A stretch of 63,716 bases of DNA, counting the filler, from Octopus bimaculoides (Eukaryota): the NCBI RefSeq assembly GCF_001194135.2. It is 6 parts of 6 records of this genome, joined end to end, with 100 filler letters (N's around TTAATTAATTAA, not from the genome) between each part and the next. Parts side by side here need not be neighbours in the genome. Positions count along the whole stretch, not along the records: positions 26,452 to 48,009 come from NC_068984.1; positions 48,110 to 53,267 come from NW_026354711.1; positions 53,368 to 59,689 come from NC_068992.1; 3 more parts are not named here. One strand, written 5' to 3'. The translations under genes were made by a program, and so were the position numbers. The notes beneath the pieces were generated by a model, which saw nothing but the letters and a program-made list of their open reading frames with translations, was not told the DNA's origin and did no database searches. Shown here piece after piece: positions 43,470 through 53,995 of this stretch; position 1 is the first letter of the stretch, and each line of letters begins with the position of its first letter.

Positions 43470-43624
43470 NNNNNNNNNNNNNNNNNNNNNNNNNNNNNNN
43501 NNNNNNNNNNNNNNNNNNNNNNNNNNNNNNNNNNNNNNNNNNNNNNNNNNNNNNNNNNNNNNNNNNNNNNNNNNNNNNNNNNNNNNNNNNNNNNNNNNNN
43601 NNNNNNNNNNNNNNNNNNNNNNNN

Positions 43625-43655
<31 letters not shown>

Positions 43656-45414
43656 ACATTATCATTGCTCAAAATACATCGTCCATGGAACTTAATGAAT
43701 ATTTTCCTTCTCTACTTCTTAATTTCACCTTACCCCATCTGTATTTAAGGATGTATATCGGTACCAAGATGTGCAGCTGTGGTGATATATTTTTGCATGT
43801 AACTCAATGGGTGTATGTAGATGTATATAAATATGTGTGAGCAGAAAATTTTGATATGAATACATCATTATTTCATTTGCATGAATAACTGAATGCATTT
43901 GGCTATATAAACGTATGTATACAGGTGTGAACACGCATGGGTATATTTTTGAATGTGTACATAGATATGAAAGGCTACAGGTATGTTTAGAAGTACGTAT
44001 ATCTATGCACATTTAAGTATTTGCATGAGCTTATATATGCATACATACACACATATGTATATATGCGTATGTATGTAATGATGAACTTTCTCATCGAAGA
44101 TGACATAAGAGTGTTCAGCTTTTTTGCCAAATGACCTGCACAAATGACATTGCCTGAACAGGTGTACAGTGTGCCATGCATCAGGTGTTGAAGTCATCGC
44201 AGAGCAACGTGAGATGAAGTACTTTACTCAAGAACACAACACAGCACCTGGTCAAGAAATTGAAACCATGATCTCTCTATCGTGAGTGTAATATCCTAAT
44301 CACTAGGCCATCTGTTTTCACAATTGTGAGGTCTGATATGTATGTGTAAATATACATGAATAGAACAGAGAAGAGAAGTGAGGTGAGAGAATAGATGTTT
44401 ATTCCATTTGCTTGCAATAGTTTCATAATCTTGTTAGTTATATAATAAATGTTGCATCAACATTTGCATGTAATATAAAATATACATATAAATATATATG
44501 TGTACACCCATATAAACAAGAGAACTAACAGATTAATTTTAAGAATGATTCATGGTAGTCCAAAACATCAGGACTACCATGAATCATTCTGAAGATTAGT
44601 CTGTTAATCTGTTTGAACACATGTATATATGGGTGTACAGACACATGCATATTTATATATTTTATAAATGTGCAAATGTTATGCAATGTCTATTATATAA
44701 CTAACAAAATTCTGAAACAGCTGTAAACAAATGGAATCAACATTTATTCTCTCACCTTACTTCTCTTATCTGTTCCATTCATAAACATTCTCTCTACCAT
44801 TTGTAAGAGTGGGTACTTATGTAAGTATATGTGCATGCAAGCTTCAGGGAATATGTGAGCTGGTGGTCCGATTTCACTATTTATAATTACGAGTATGTAC
44901 AAGTATAAATGTGCATATCATTATTGACTGGAGTGTTTACAAACATACTAACTTGAAAATGATCCCAAATACTGAATTATTTCCCTCCTAAATATGCACA
45001 TAAACTAGCAATTTGTTACTTTCACACATCCACAGATTAAGGACACAAAATCTTTCCTATTTCTCTGAAGAATGGTTTATCCTAAAGTGACAGAAAGTTT
45101 TAGGAATTTTATATTTTATTTTTTAACCTACATGTATAAATATATATATTTATATATATACACACATATGTCACTAAAGTGACTGAGGTCACTAGTCAGC
45201 AGCAGTATTGCTAGAAATAAGAGTTAAAACAACTCATAGCCATGCTTCTTGTGGCCATGAGTTATTTTAATTCTTATTTCTAGCAATACTGGTGCTGACT
45301 AGTGACCTCAGTCACTTTAGTGACGTATATATTTCTGCCTTTCGGTTATAAAATTGCGAATAAGCCACCCTTATTATTTAATATTATATATGTATATATA
45401 TGTACATACATAGG

Positions 45415-45456
<42 letters not shown>

Positions 45457-45900
45457 NNNNNNNNNNNNNNNNNNNNNNNNNNNNNNNNNNNNNNNNNNNN
45501 NNNNNNNNNNNNNNNNNNNNNNNNNNNNNNNNNNNNNNNNNNNNNNNNNNNNNNNNNNNNNNNNNNNNNNNNNNNNNNNNNNNNNNNNNNNNNNNNNNNN
45601 NNNNNNNNNNNNNNNNNNNNNNNNNNNNNNNNNNNNNNNNNNNNNNNNNNNNNNNNNNNNNNNNNNNNNNNNNNNNNNNNNNNNNNNNNNNNNNNNNNNN
45701 NNNNNNNNNNNNNNNNNNNNNNNNNNNNNNNNNNNNNNNNGCATATATATATGCATACACATATGTATGGATCAAAACAGCTTGCTTCAAATTTGTTGGT
45801 AATCCAAGAGTTTTTTCAAGTGTAATGCTAATCTTCAACCATTTTGTATATATAGTAACACATACATATGTACATATATATACACATATATATACCTTTG

Positions 45901-45970
<70 letters not shown>

Positions 45971-46710
45971 AATACACACAAGCACATACATATATAGGTA
46001 TGTGCACGTGCATGCATGTGTGTGGATATGCTTATACGTATGCATATGGGCTGGCATTATAAGGACAAATGTGAGAAAGCTGAATTTTCTAATGTCCAAA
46101 ATATCAGAAAGTTGAAAAATCAAATTGCCAAATCTTGAAATATTTAAAAATCTTTAAATTCCCAATTTTTCTCTAGAATATCTTAGGGATAAATAATAAT
46201 AAAAAAAATAGTCTTAAAAAATATTTAATTACAATTTTAAAAAGAAGATTTTTTTGGAGCGCATATTATAACAATAAATTTTGATATAAATGTTTTAAAA
46301 AATCTTTAAGTAATTAAGTTCAGAAACTAGGCAAAATATGTAACAATAAATAAAAACAAAGAGAAAATATTGTTTTATCTTACATGGGTAGTTTAATGCT
46401 TATATTATATTTCAAGAAAGGACAAAGTAAAAATTGTTCAAAACATGATTTTTATCTTTGAATTCTTGGATTATTTTCTTTCTTACATTTGATATGGGGA
46501 TTTTCCCCAAAATATACTACAAACATTAAACAATCTACATATGGTAATACAATATCTTCTATTCCCTTTAATTTATTGGCATCACCTTATTTTTTTTGCC
46601 AAACTTTTCGACTGCATTGCTTCAAGTTTTTTAAGACATTTATATGTTTTGAGCAAATAATGTAACCTTTTATATTTACTTTTTTCTTATGCTATGTTAG
46701 AATTACAAAG
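34446..46710 (+). CDS. Speculative chain of phase-compatible micro-exons (34446-34479, 38563-38579, 38689-38716, 40112-40140, 46701-46710)
   Basis: All bounded by AG/GT (donors gtaagt, gtaagt, gtaggt, gtgaat, gtaagt); spliced reading QETENIYSTFRCTHAQKSILSECSHYSIRSQKIEHENYK. Exons were chosen post hoc in AT-rich DNA. Confidence 0.25.
37020..37195 (+). repeat. Polypurine GA-rich tract
   Basis: Seen directly. Confidence 0.9.
44100..44312 (-). mobile_element. SINE family C-like, CpG-decayed copy
   Basis: Reverse complement gives TGGCCTAGTGATTAGG...GGTTTCAATTTC...GTGTTCTTGAGTAAAGTACTTCATCTCACGTTGCTC, similar to the 51929-52046 and 13083 heads. Confidence 0.65.
44356..44782. mobile_element. About 427-bp foldback/MITE-like palindrome
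   Basis: Perfect central 20-bp stem AGAATGATTCATGGTAGTCC / GGACTACCATGAATCATTCT (44542-44561, 44571-44590) with a 9-nt loop; diverged arms extend about 200 bp each side. Confidence 0.9.
45170..45324. mobile_element. 155-bp near-perfect hairpin (MITE-like)
   Basis: 73-bp arms with 4 mismatches by my count and a 9-nt loop TGCTTCTTG; each terminus is itself a mini-palindrome GTCACTAAAGTGAC. Confidence 0.9.
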
Positions 46711-47567
46711 GTAAGTGAGATATGGTGAGCATATAAATTCTCTCATTATTGGATGTCTTCTTTTGCTTCTTTCAAAACAAACATAAGCATAACTAAAGAT
46801 AATATTTGTCTTTAGACCTGTTCTTGGTCTATCAAAATTTAGCCTTTTAATCATTTGGTATTTATTCATTGAGAGACAAGAAGGACAATAATCAAAAATT
46901 TAAGAATTTAAAGAATGAACCCATATAAGCATGGAAAGCGGTGTACGATCGAATGAAGGAACAGATTTATTTAAGATTTTGTCAATGTCTTTAATAGAGT
47001 TTCCATGTAACACCCTTTCATTTTTTCCTACAAGAAAATATGCTCACTCTATCTTGCTTTCCTATGTTATTCTAAAGCAGCATATTTGGAAATGTAAATA
47101 TGCCAATATAAATTTCTCATAAACTGACTTTTCAAGCAGTAACTAAATGGATTTTAAAACACATTTTTCTTATTATTTTCCCCAAACTTATTTCAAAATT
47201 TGCAGTTTGAATCTTTTCACATTATGGCATTTAGAGATTGGAATTTTAGCTCATTCAGACTTTGGGGATTATGGTGTTTAGGTGTTTTGAAATTTGGCAG
47301 TTTATGTCCACAGCTATCATATTCAACCTGATGACCAGCAGTAATATACATATACACATAATTATACACACAGACACACACATGCATACATATCTATGCA
47401 CACATGTATATAAAGGCACATACATGCATACATATGTATACACATGTACATATATCTATATGTATATAAACATACATATAAGTAGATATATATCTATGCA
47501 CACACACACACACATATATATGTATGCATATACATATATTCATATATATTTATATATATATGTATAT

Positions 47568-47609
47568 ATGTTTTAGAGTGTGCTTCTTTTAAGTTATATG
47601 AATTACTGA

Positions 47610-47673
<64 letters not shown>

Positions 47674-47715
47674 TCAGTAGTTCATATAAATTAAAAGAAG
47701 CACACTCTAAAACAT
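47568..47715. repeat. 148-bp palindrome with a (TA)n core
   Basis: 45-bp arms (43/45 complementary) around about 29 TA units at 47613-47670. Confidence 0.92.
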
Positions 47716-47971
47716 TAGAACAGAAATGTATCTAGAATGGTGTTTGTTATGGCTGGTCATTGGTTTAGCACCATTAAAGTGCTTAGCTGTGTAGGCAACT
47801 TGTCAGACTCAAATGGCTGGAGGCACATAAACTCTCTACAACTGGAGGGAAGAAAGCACCATGGTCAGTTAGGTTTTTAAGCAAAACATATCCAGAACAT
47901 GGAAGAGAAAAAAAAACTCTGTTGCTGGGAAACTCAGACTTCCCAGTGACCCAATGTGTCATGGGTAGTCT

Positions 47972-48009
<38 letters not shown>

Positions 48010-48109
48010 NNNNNNNNNNNNNNNNNNNNNNNNNNNNNNNNNNNNNNNNNNNNTTAATTAATTAANNNNNNNNNNNNNNNNNNNNNNNNNNNNNNNNNNN
48101 NNNNNNNNN
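48010..48109. other. Synthetic 100-bp scaffold spacer
   Basis: 44N-TTAATTAATTAA-44N. Confidence 0.95.
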
Positions 48110-48198
48110 TTTTATATGTGTGTGTATATGATAGACTGCATGCAGAGTTGTTCAATACCAGGTTTATCAAGAGGATGAAGAGGTGGGTTTCTGTTTTT

Positions 48199-48421
48199 TT
48201 ATCTTAGCTTGACATAAGTTTCACTATCATCTTCTATGGCTGCTGAAATTTCTGGATCTAGATTCAAGCATTCATAATGTTCTTCAGAGTTTTGCTGTTG
48301 GAAATGTAATCCTTGTCCAGGTGCATTGATATGAATTGAGTTGGTCTTTTGCATGGAGGAGGAAGTGACTTGAGGTTCTGACATATTACCTTTGCCTTTG
48401 TTGTTTCCAAGCATCTTAGAC
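48199..48421 (-). CDS. Terminal coding exon: cytoplasmic tail of a single-pass membrane protein with two YxxL motifs
   Basis: Acceptor ctattgcag|G (phase 2); (R)SKMLGNNKGKGNMSEPQVTSSSMQKTNSIHINAPGQGLHFQQQNSEEHYECLNLDPEISAAIEDDSETYVKLR*; phase matches the upstream TM exon. Confidence 0.75.
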
Positions 48422-48531
48422 CTGCAATAGACATGTACAAGTATATGTAAACACACATACATACATACATACATACATACATACATACATACATACATAC
48501 GTATATAAACACACACACACACACACATATA

Positions 48532-48783
48532 TTGGGTTGGTGCATAATTATTGCGGCTTTTTTCAACAAATTTTATTTAGCAAAAACAATAAGAATATTT
48601 AACAAAAACGTCTTTAAATGATGGTCTGACCGTCTGCCAAGCGAATGGGAAGCAGTAATTGAAGAAGATGATGAATATGCTCTGGAATAATCATTTAAAG
48701 ATGTTTTTGTTACATGTTGTTGTTGTTGATTTGTTGAATTAAATTCATTGAAAAAAAGCCACAATAATTATGCACCAACTCAC
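48532..48783 (+). mobile_element. Internally deleted mariner element (MITE-like), 252 bp
   Basis: About 32-bp TIRs TTGGGTTGGTGCATAATTATTGCGGCTTTTTT / AAAAAAAGCCACAATAATTATGCACCAACTCAC, TA on both flanks; internal DRLPSEWEAVIEEDDEY resembles the mariner transposase C-terminus (LxxRWxxVIxxxGEY). Confidence 0.88.
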
Positions 48784-48814
<31 letters not shown>

Positions 48815-49215
48815 GTGTATGTTTGTTTGTATGTATGTATGGATTGTGTGTTTGTATGTATGTATGTCCACACTGTCTTTCAAATTATCAACGGTGCGAA
48901 ATTTTAAAAATTTTATTTAAAAACTATTATTGGAATTCAACTAAATTTTCACAGAATGTTGGCAACAGCTATATGCAAGAGGTGTGTTAAAAGTGTGAAG
49001 TTCTGTAAAACAACACAGAAACCACAACCATTTATCCAATTTACATAAACTTTCCCTGTTTCAAATTATTAGCGAGGTGTGATTAAAACTCGTGTAAACA
49101 GGAAAATACCGACTTAATTGTTTGATGTACACACTGGAATGAACACATACAGTCATAAACATGGAAGAAATAGAAATAAACACACAAACAGCATTCAAAA
49201 ATGATTGATGAGCTG

Positions 49216-49548
49216 GTTAGTAAGGGATGCATGAGCCTGTGTTTCAAATAAGTTGGAAAAGGCACAAGTCCATGGAACATGCTAGTTTCTGGATCTCCTC
49301 TGATTTCATACCATAAGATACATCCACTATTGCCTGCCATAGGTCATCCTTGCTCTTAAATTGGTGTCCTTTCTTGTAAGCGCATGGCATTAGAATACTC
49401 CACAAGTTTCCTATTGGGTTTCAGTCAGAGGAACAGGTAGGCCACTTTATCTTTTGAGGTCCACCAAAGCCTAATTGTTGCAGACACTCTGTAGTTTTTT
49501 TTACTGAGTGTGAGAATGTAGTATCTTGCATGAAAATTATGGTTGTCT
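49216..49548 (-). pseudogene. Tc1-family transposase C-terminal fragment
   Basis: IFMQDTTFSHSVKKTTECLQQLG...KWPTCSSD*NPIGNLWSIL...FKSKDDLWQAI..EEIQKLACSM, i.e. degenerate FMQDNAPxH and WPxxSPDLNPIENLW motifs. Confidence 0.85.
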
Positions 49549-49962
49549 GGAAGGGTGGTGTGAGAGAGCTGCATTAAGGAATGGGTATAGAAAAGGTAGA
49601 GAGAAGGTAAGGGTAGGGTGATGTGTAAGTGGGTATTAGTTTTGGTAGTAAAAATGGAGGTGGAATGAAAAATATAAGTCAAGTTGCTATAAACAGACAT
49701 GTGTGATAGGTTAGTGATAATTAGGAAAAGAAAGAAAGAATGTATATCTGTGAATATGTATGCACACATACGTACCCACACATATATATATTTACATATA
49801 CCGACATACAAATCCATACTTATATAAAATACCTATACATATACTCATACATACTCACATGTACCCGTTTGCATGCTTATATATGTATACACACATATAT
49901 ATACATATATATATACATACACATACTCATACATACATGTATCCGTATGTATATGTATGGTC

Positions 49963-49996
<34 letters not shown>

Positions 49997-50002
49997 GTAT
50001 GG

Positions 50003-50042
<40 letters not shown>

Positions 50043-51367
50043 NNNNNNNNNNNNNNNNNNNNNNNNNNNNNNNNNNNNNNNNNNNNNNNNNNNNNNNNNN
50101 NNNNNNNNNNNNNNNNNNNNNNNNNNNNNNNNNNNNNNNNNNNNNNNNNNNNNNNNNNNNNNNNNNNNNNNNNNNNNNNNNNNNNNNNNNNNNNNNNNNN
50201 NNNNNNNNNNNNNNNNNNNNNNNNNNNNNNNNNNNNNNNNNNNNNNNNNNNNNNNNNNNNNNNNNNNNNNNNNNNNNNNNNNNNNNNNNNNNNNNNNNNN
50301 NNNNNNNNNNNNNNNNNNNNNNNNNNNNNNNNNNNNNNNNNNNNNNNNNNNNNNNNNNNNNNNNNNNNNNNNNNNNNNNNNNNNNNNNNNNNNNNNNNNN
50401 NNNNNNNNNNNNNNNNNNNNNNNNNNNNNNNNNNNNNNNNNNNNNNNNNNNNNNNNNNNNNNNNNNNNNNNNNNNNNNNNNNNNNNNNNNNNNNNNNNNN
50501 NNNNNNNNNNNNNNNNNNNNNNNNNNNNNNNNNNNNNNNNNNNNNNNNNNNNNNNNNNNNNNNNNNNNNNNNNNNNNNNNNNNNNNNNNNNNNNNNNNNN
50601 NNNNNNNNNNNNNNNNNNNNNNNNNNNNNNNNNNNNNNNNNNNNNNNNNNNNNNNNNNNNNNNNNNNNNNNNNNNNNNNNNNNNNNNNNNNNNNNNNNNN
50701 NNNNNNNNNNNNNNNNNNNNNNNNNNNNNNNNNNNNNNNNNNNNNNNNNNNNNNNNNNNNNNNNNNNNNNNNNNNNNNNNNNNNNNNNNNNNNNNNNNNN
50801 NNNNNNNNNNNNNNNNNNNNNNNNNNNNNNNNNNNNNNNNNNNNNNNNNNNNNATATATATATTTATTTATTTATTTATTTATTTATGTGTTTCAGCCAA
50901 GTGGCTGCGGTCAAAAATGGAGAAGCAAGACAAGTAAAAAGCAACAGCGTGAGGACATAGCACATGCAAAGTATTAATAAGACGCTCATATATAGTAAGA
51001 GAGAGAGAGGGGGGGGAGACATACATACATATATGAACATAAAGATATCTATTTTCCTAGACATCAGTATAGATATGTATGTCTCTCTCACCCTCTCTCT
51101 CTATACACACAAGCACATACACACGCACATATATAGATATATGTATGTATCTCCATACATATATACATATGAGCACACACTCACATACACACACACATGC
51201 ATACATATACACACACTTTGATAGCGTCCTATTTGCAATTTCTAAACAAACACCCACACAAACAACTAGAAACACATATACGCACACAGATATACACACG
51301 TATACACACCTATAACTACAAGAAGGAAATGAAATGAGAGTAAAGATTGACAATATACGAGTATTAC

Positions 51368-51419
51368 CTGACAAGAAGGACTAACAGCAATAATATGATG
51401 ACTGAAAGGAGGCCTATAA
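51368..51419 (-). CDS. Transmembrane-helix exon (52 nt, phase 1 to phase 2)
   Basis: tttttcttctttag|TTATAGGCCTCC...CTTGTCAG|gtaata; (V)IGLLSVIILLLLVLLV(R). Confidence 0.8.
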
Positions 51420-51928
51420 CTAAAGAAGAAAAACATAAAAATAATCAAACAATATTTTATGTATATTTAAATGGCAGCTGATATAATTAATGTAATAATA
51501 ATTAAGGAAAGAAAGTTATCATCATTGAAAATTACTAATGTAATGAAAAGGAAATTCATTAACTTTGATAATAGCTGTGAAAATCAAGGGAGACAATTCC
51601 TGGATGGAAATTGATTAANNNNNNNNNNNNNNNNNNNNNNNNNNNNNNNNNNNNNNNNNNNNNNNNNNNNNNNNNNNNNNNNNNNNNNNNNNNNNNNNNN
51701 NNNNNNNNNNNNNNNNNNNNNNNNNNNNNNNNNNNNNNNNNNNNNNNNNNNNNNNNNNNNNNNNNNNNNNNNNNNNNNNNNNNNNNNNNNNNNNNNNNNN
51801 NNNNNNNNNNNNNNNNNNNNNNNNNNNNNNNNNNNNNNNNNNNNNNNNNNNNNNNNNNNNNNNNNNNNNNNNNNNNNNNNNNNNNNNNNNNNNNNNNNNN
51901 NNNNNNNNNNNNNNNNNNNNNNNNNNNG

Positions 51929-52046
51929 AGCAAGATGAAATAAAGCGTTTTGCTCAAGAACACAATGCACAGCAGCCAGTCTGGGAATTGAAACTACAAT
52001 CTTGTGATTGTGAGTGCAACACCCTAACCCCTAGCCCACGCACTCT
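51929..52046 (-). mobile_element. SINE family C-like head
   Basis: Reverse complement GGGCTAGGGGTTAGGGTGTTGCACTC..GTTTCAATTCCCAGAC..GTGTTCTTGAGCAAAACGCTT..CTTGCTC. Confidence 0.7.
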
Positions 52047-52906
52047 CCCTACTGCATGAAGGTACCATTCAGTTTCTTGAAACAATTTCAGTTTTGAAGT
52101 TGTTGCTGTTCTTCTTGATACGGATTATCGTTAATACAAATGATTTCTCTTTCCCTCCTGATTGTAAGTTGAACTCTTTACTTCCTGTACTATGACACAG
52201 TACAATAAGGAAATGTATAAACCTTGTTTATATTCATTTCGAGGGAAGTGAAGAAATCTTTAATGTAAGGGCAGATAACTCTAATCCCTTCTTCAATCAT
52301 TCATTTCTCTTCTATCACAGAATCACTACAACATTGGTCTTTTGACTTGGAAAATCTTCAATATGATTTTCAGAGTTAATTAAATAAATATTTAGGTGTG
52401 GAGAAGTTATTATTTTAAGTTTGTTAGCCCCACTTAACTCTCTGTCTTTCATCCAGACATTCTCGATGCAGTTATTAAAGTGACAGACATGAAATATCTT
52501 TCACTAATTTCTCCATTATTTTCAAAATCAATTAAAACAAAGATAGAGTATTTGATTAGAAATATAATCACAAACGAGTTAAATTAATTCAGACATTCTT
52601 GGTGCTGTTATTAAACAGTCGATTAAATTCAGAGTTAAGCTTTGACCAAAAAGGGACACTCCTACCCAATCATGACTGAATGGGACACCCATATTTTCAG
52701 CCCTTGAAATTAAGAGGGTACCCTTCCAATCATACCCAGAGAATAATTACAAAGCATTGGTTTTACTGACTGTCCCAGGACTAGGGAACAAGACACATGC
52801 CAAAGGTGTCAAGAAATGGGACTGAACTCAAAACCTTGTGATTGTGAAATGATAAAGTTTACAAAGACAAATTATGAGATGATATATGAAGAAAAATAAT
52901 AATTAC

Positions 52907-52954
52907 CTATTTCCATGACGAGAATTGTTTCATCAGAATTGGAATTAATTTTCT
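52907..52954 (-). CDS. Extracellular juxtamembrane/stalk exon (48 nt, phase 1 to phase 1)
   Basis: ttttctttattttttag|AGAAAATT...GAAATAG|gtaatt; xKINSNSDETILVMEI; phase matches the TM exon. Confidence 0.72.
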   Translation of the reverse strand, partial: RKLIPILMKQFSSWK

Positions 52955-53005
52955 CTAAAAAATAAAGAAAATTAAAAATCAACAAAAATCTCTCTAATAA
53001 TAACA

Positions 53006-53087
<82 letters not shown>

Positions 53088-53267
53088 CAAAAAAATATGT
53101 ATAAAACACCCATCAAGACCCCTCCCCCCTATTGTAAAATCATGTTTGAGAGGCATCAGCTGGTATCCATAATGAACAAACCATAACGGAATGGGACTCA
53201 GATTTTCACCCCTTGAAATTAAGTGTGTACCCTTCCAATCATACTCAGAGAATAATTACAAAGTTTC

Positions 53268-53367
53268 NNNNNNNNNNNNNNNNNNNNNNNNNNNNNNNNN
53301 NNNNNNNNNNNTTAATTAATTAANNNNNNNNNNNNNNNNNNNNNNNNNNNNNNNNNNNNNNNNNNNN
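53268..53367. other. Synthetic 100-bp scaffold spacer
   Basis: 44N-TTAATTAATTAA-44N. Confidence 0.95.
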
Positions 53368-53368
53368 T

Positions 53369-53413
<45 letters not shown>

Positions 53414-53416
<3 letters not shown>

Positions 53417-53570
53417 CGGACATCTTTCAGTTTCCGTCAACCATTTCCACTCAGAAGGCTTTGGTCCCCTCGCGGCTATAGAAGAAGACACTTGTCCAAG
53501 GTGCCACTCAGTAGGACTGAACCCGGAACCGTGTGGTTGGGAAGCAAGCTTCTTACCAAATAACCACGCC
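53414..53570 (-). mobile_element. SINE family B head
   Basis: CTTTCAGTTTCCGTC..GAAGACACTTGTCCAAGGTGCC..GGACTGAACCCGGAACCGTGTGGTTGGGAAGCAAGCTTCTTACC. Confidence 0.88.
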
Positions 53571-53586
53571 TATATATTAGGTCTAT

Positions 53587-53790
53587 AAGGCGACGAGCTG
53601 GCGTGCCGAGTAAAATACTTAGCTGCATTTCGTCCGTGTTTTCGTTCTGAGTTCAAATTCCGCCGAAGACGACTTTACCTTTCCTCATTTCGGGGTTTAT
53701 AAAATATGTCCCAGTCAAACACTGGAGTAGTTGTAATTGACTGAAACCCCTCCCCCGAAATTACTGGCCTTGTGCCAAAATTTGAAACCG
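53587..53790 (+). mobile_element. SINE family A
   Basis: AAGGCGACGAGCTGGC..GAGTTCAAATTCCGCCGA..CCTCCCCCGAAATTACTGGCCTTGTGCC; homologous to 9245-9460. Confidence 0.85.
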
Positions 53791-53995
53791 ATATTACTAA
53801 CAGATCTGTAAAAGTGGCTTAGATAATTAACGCGCTGAGGATTAATTAATTTTGTTCATTAATGACCGAGTTCAAATCCTACTTGTCAGCTTCAACATAT
53901 CATATGGTCTGCAGGAAATATTTACTATATTGAGTTCTACTGAAATATATGTATAGTGCGTGTGCTTATTTGGCAAAAAAAAAACTAACCAATTT

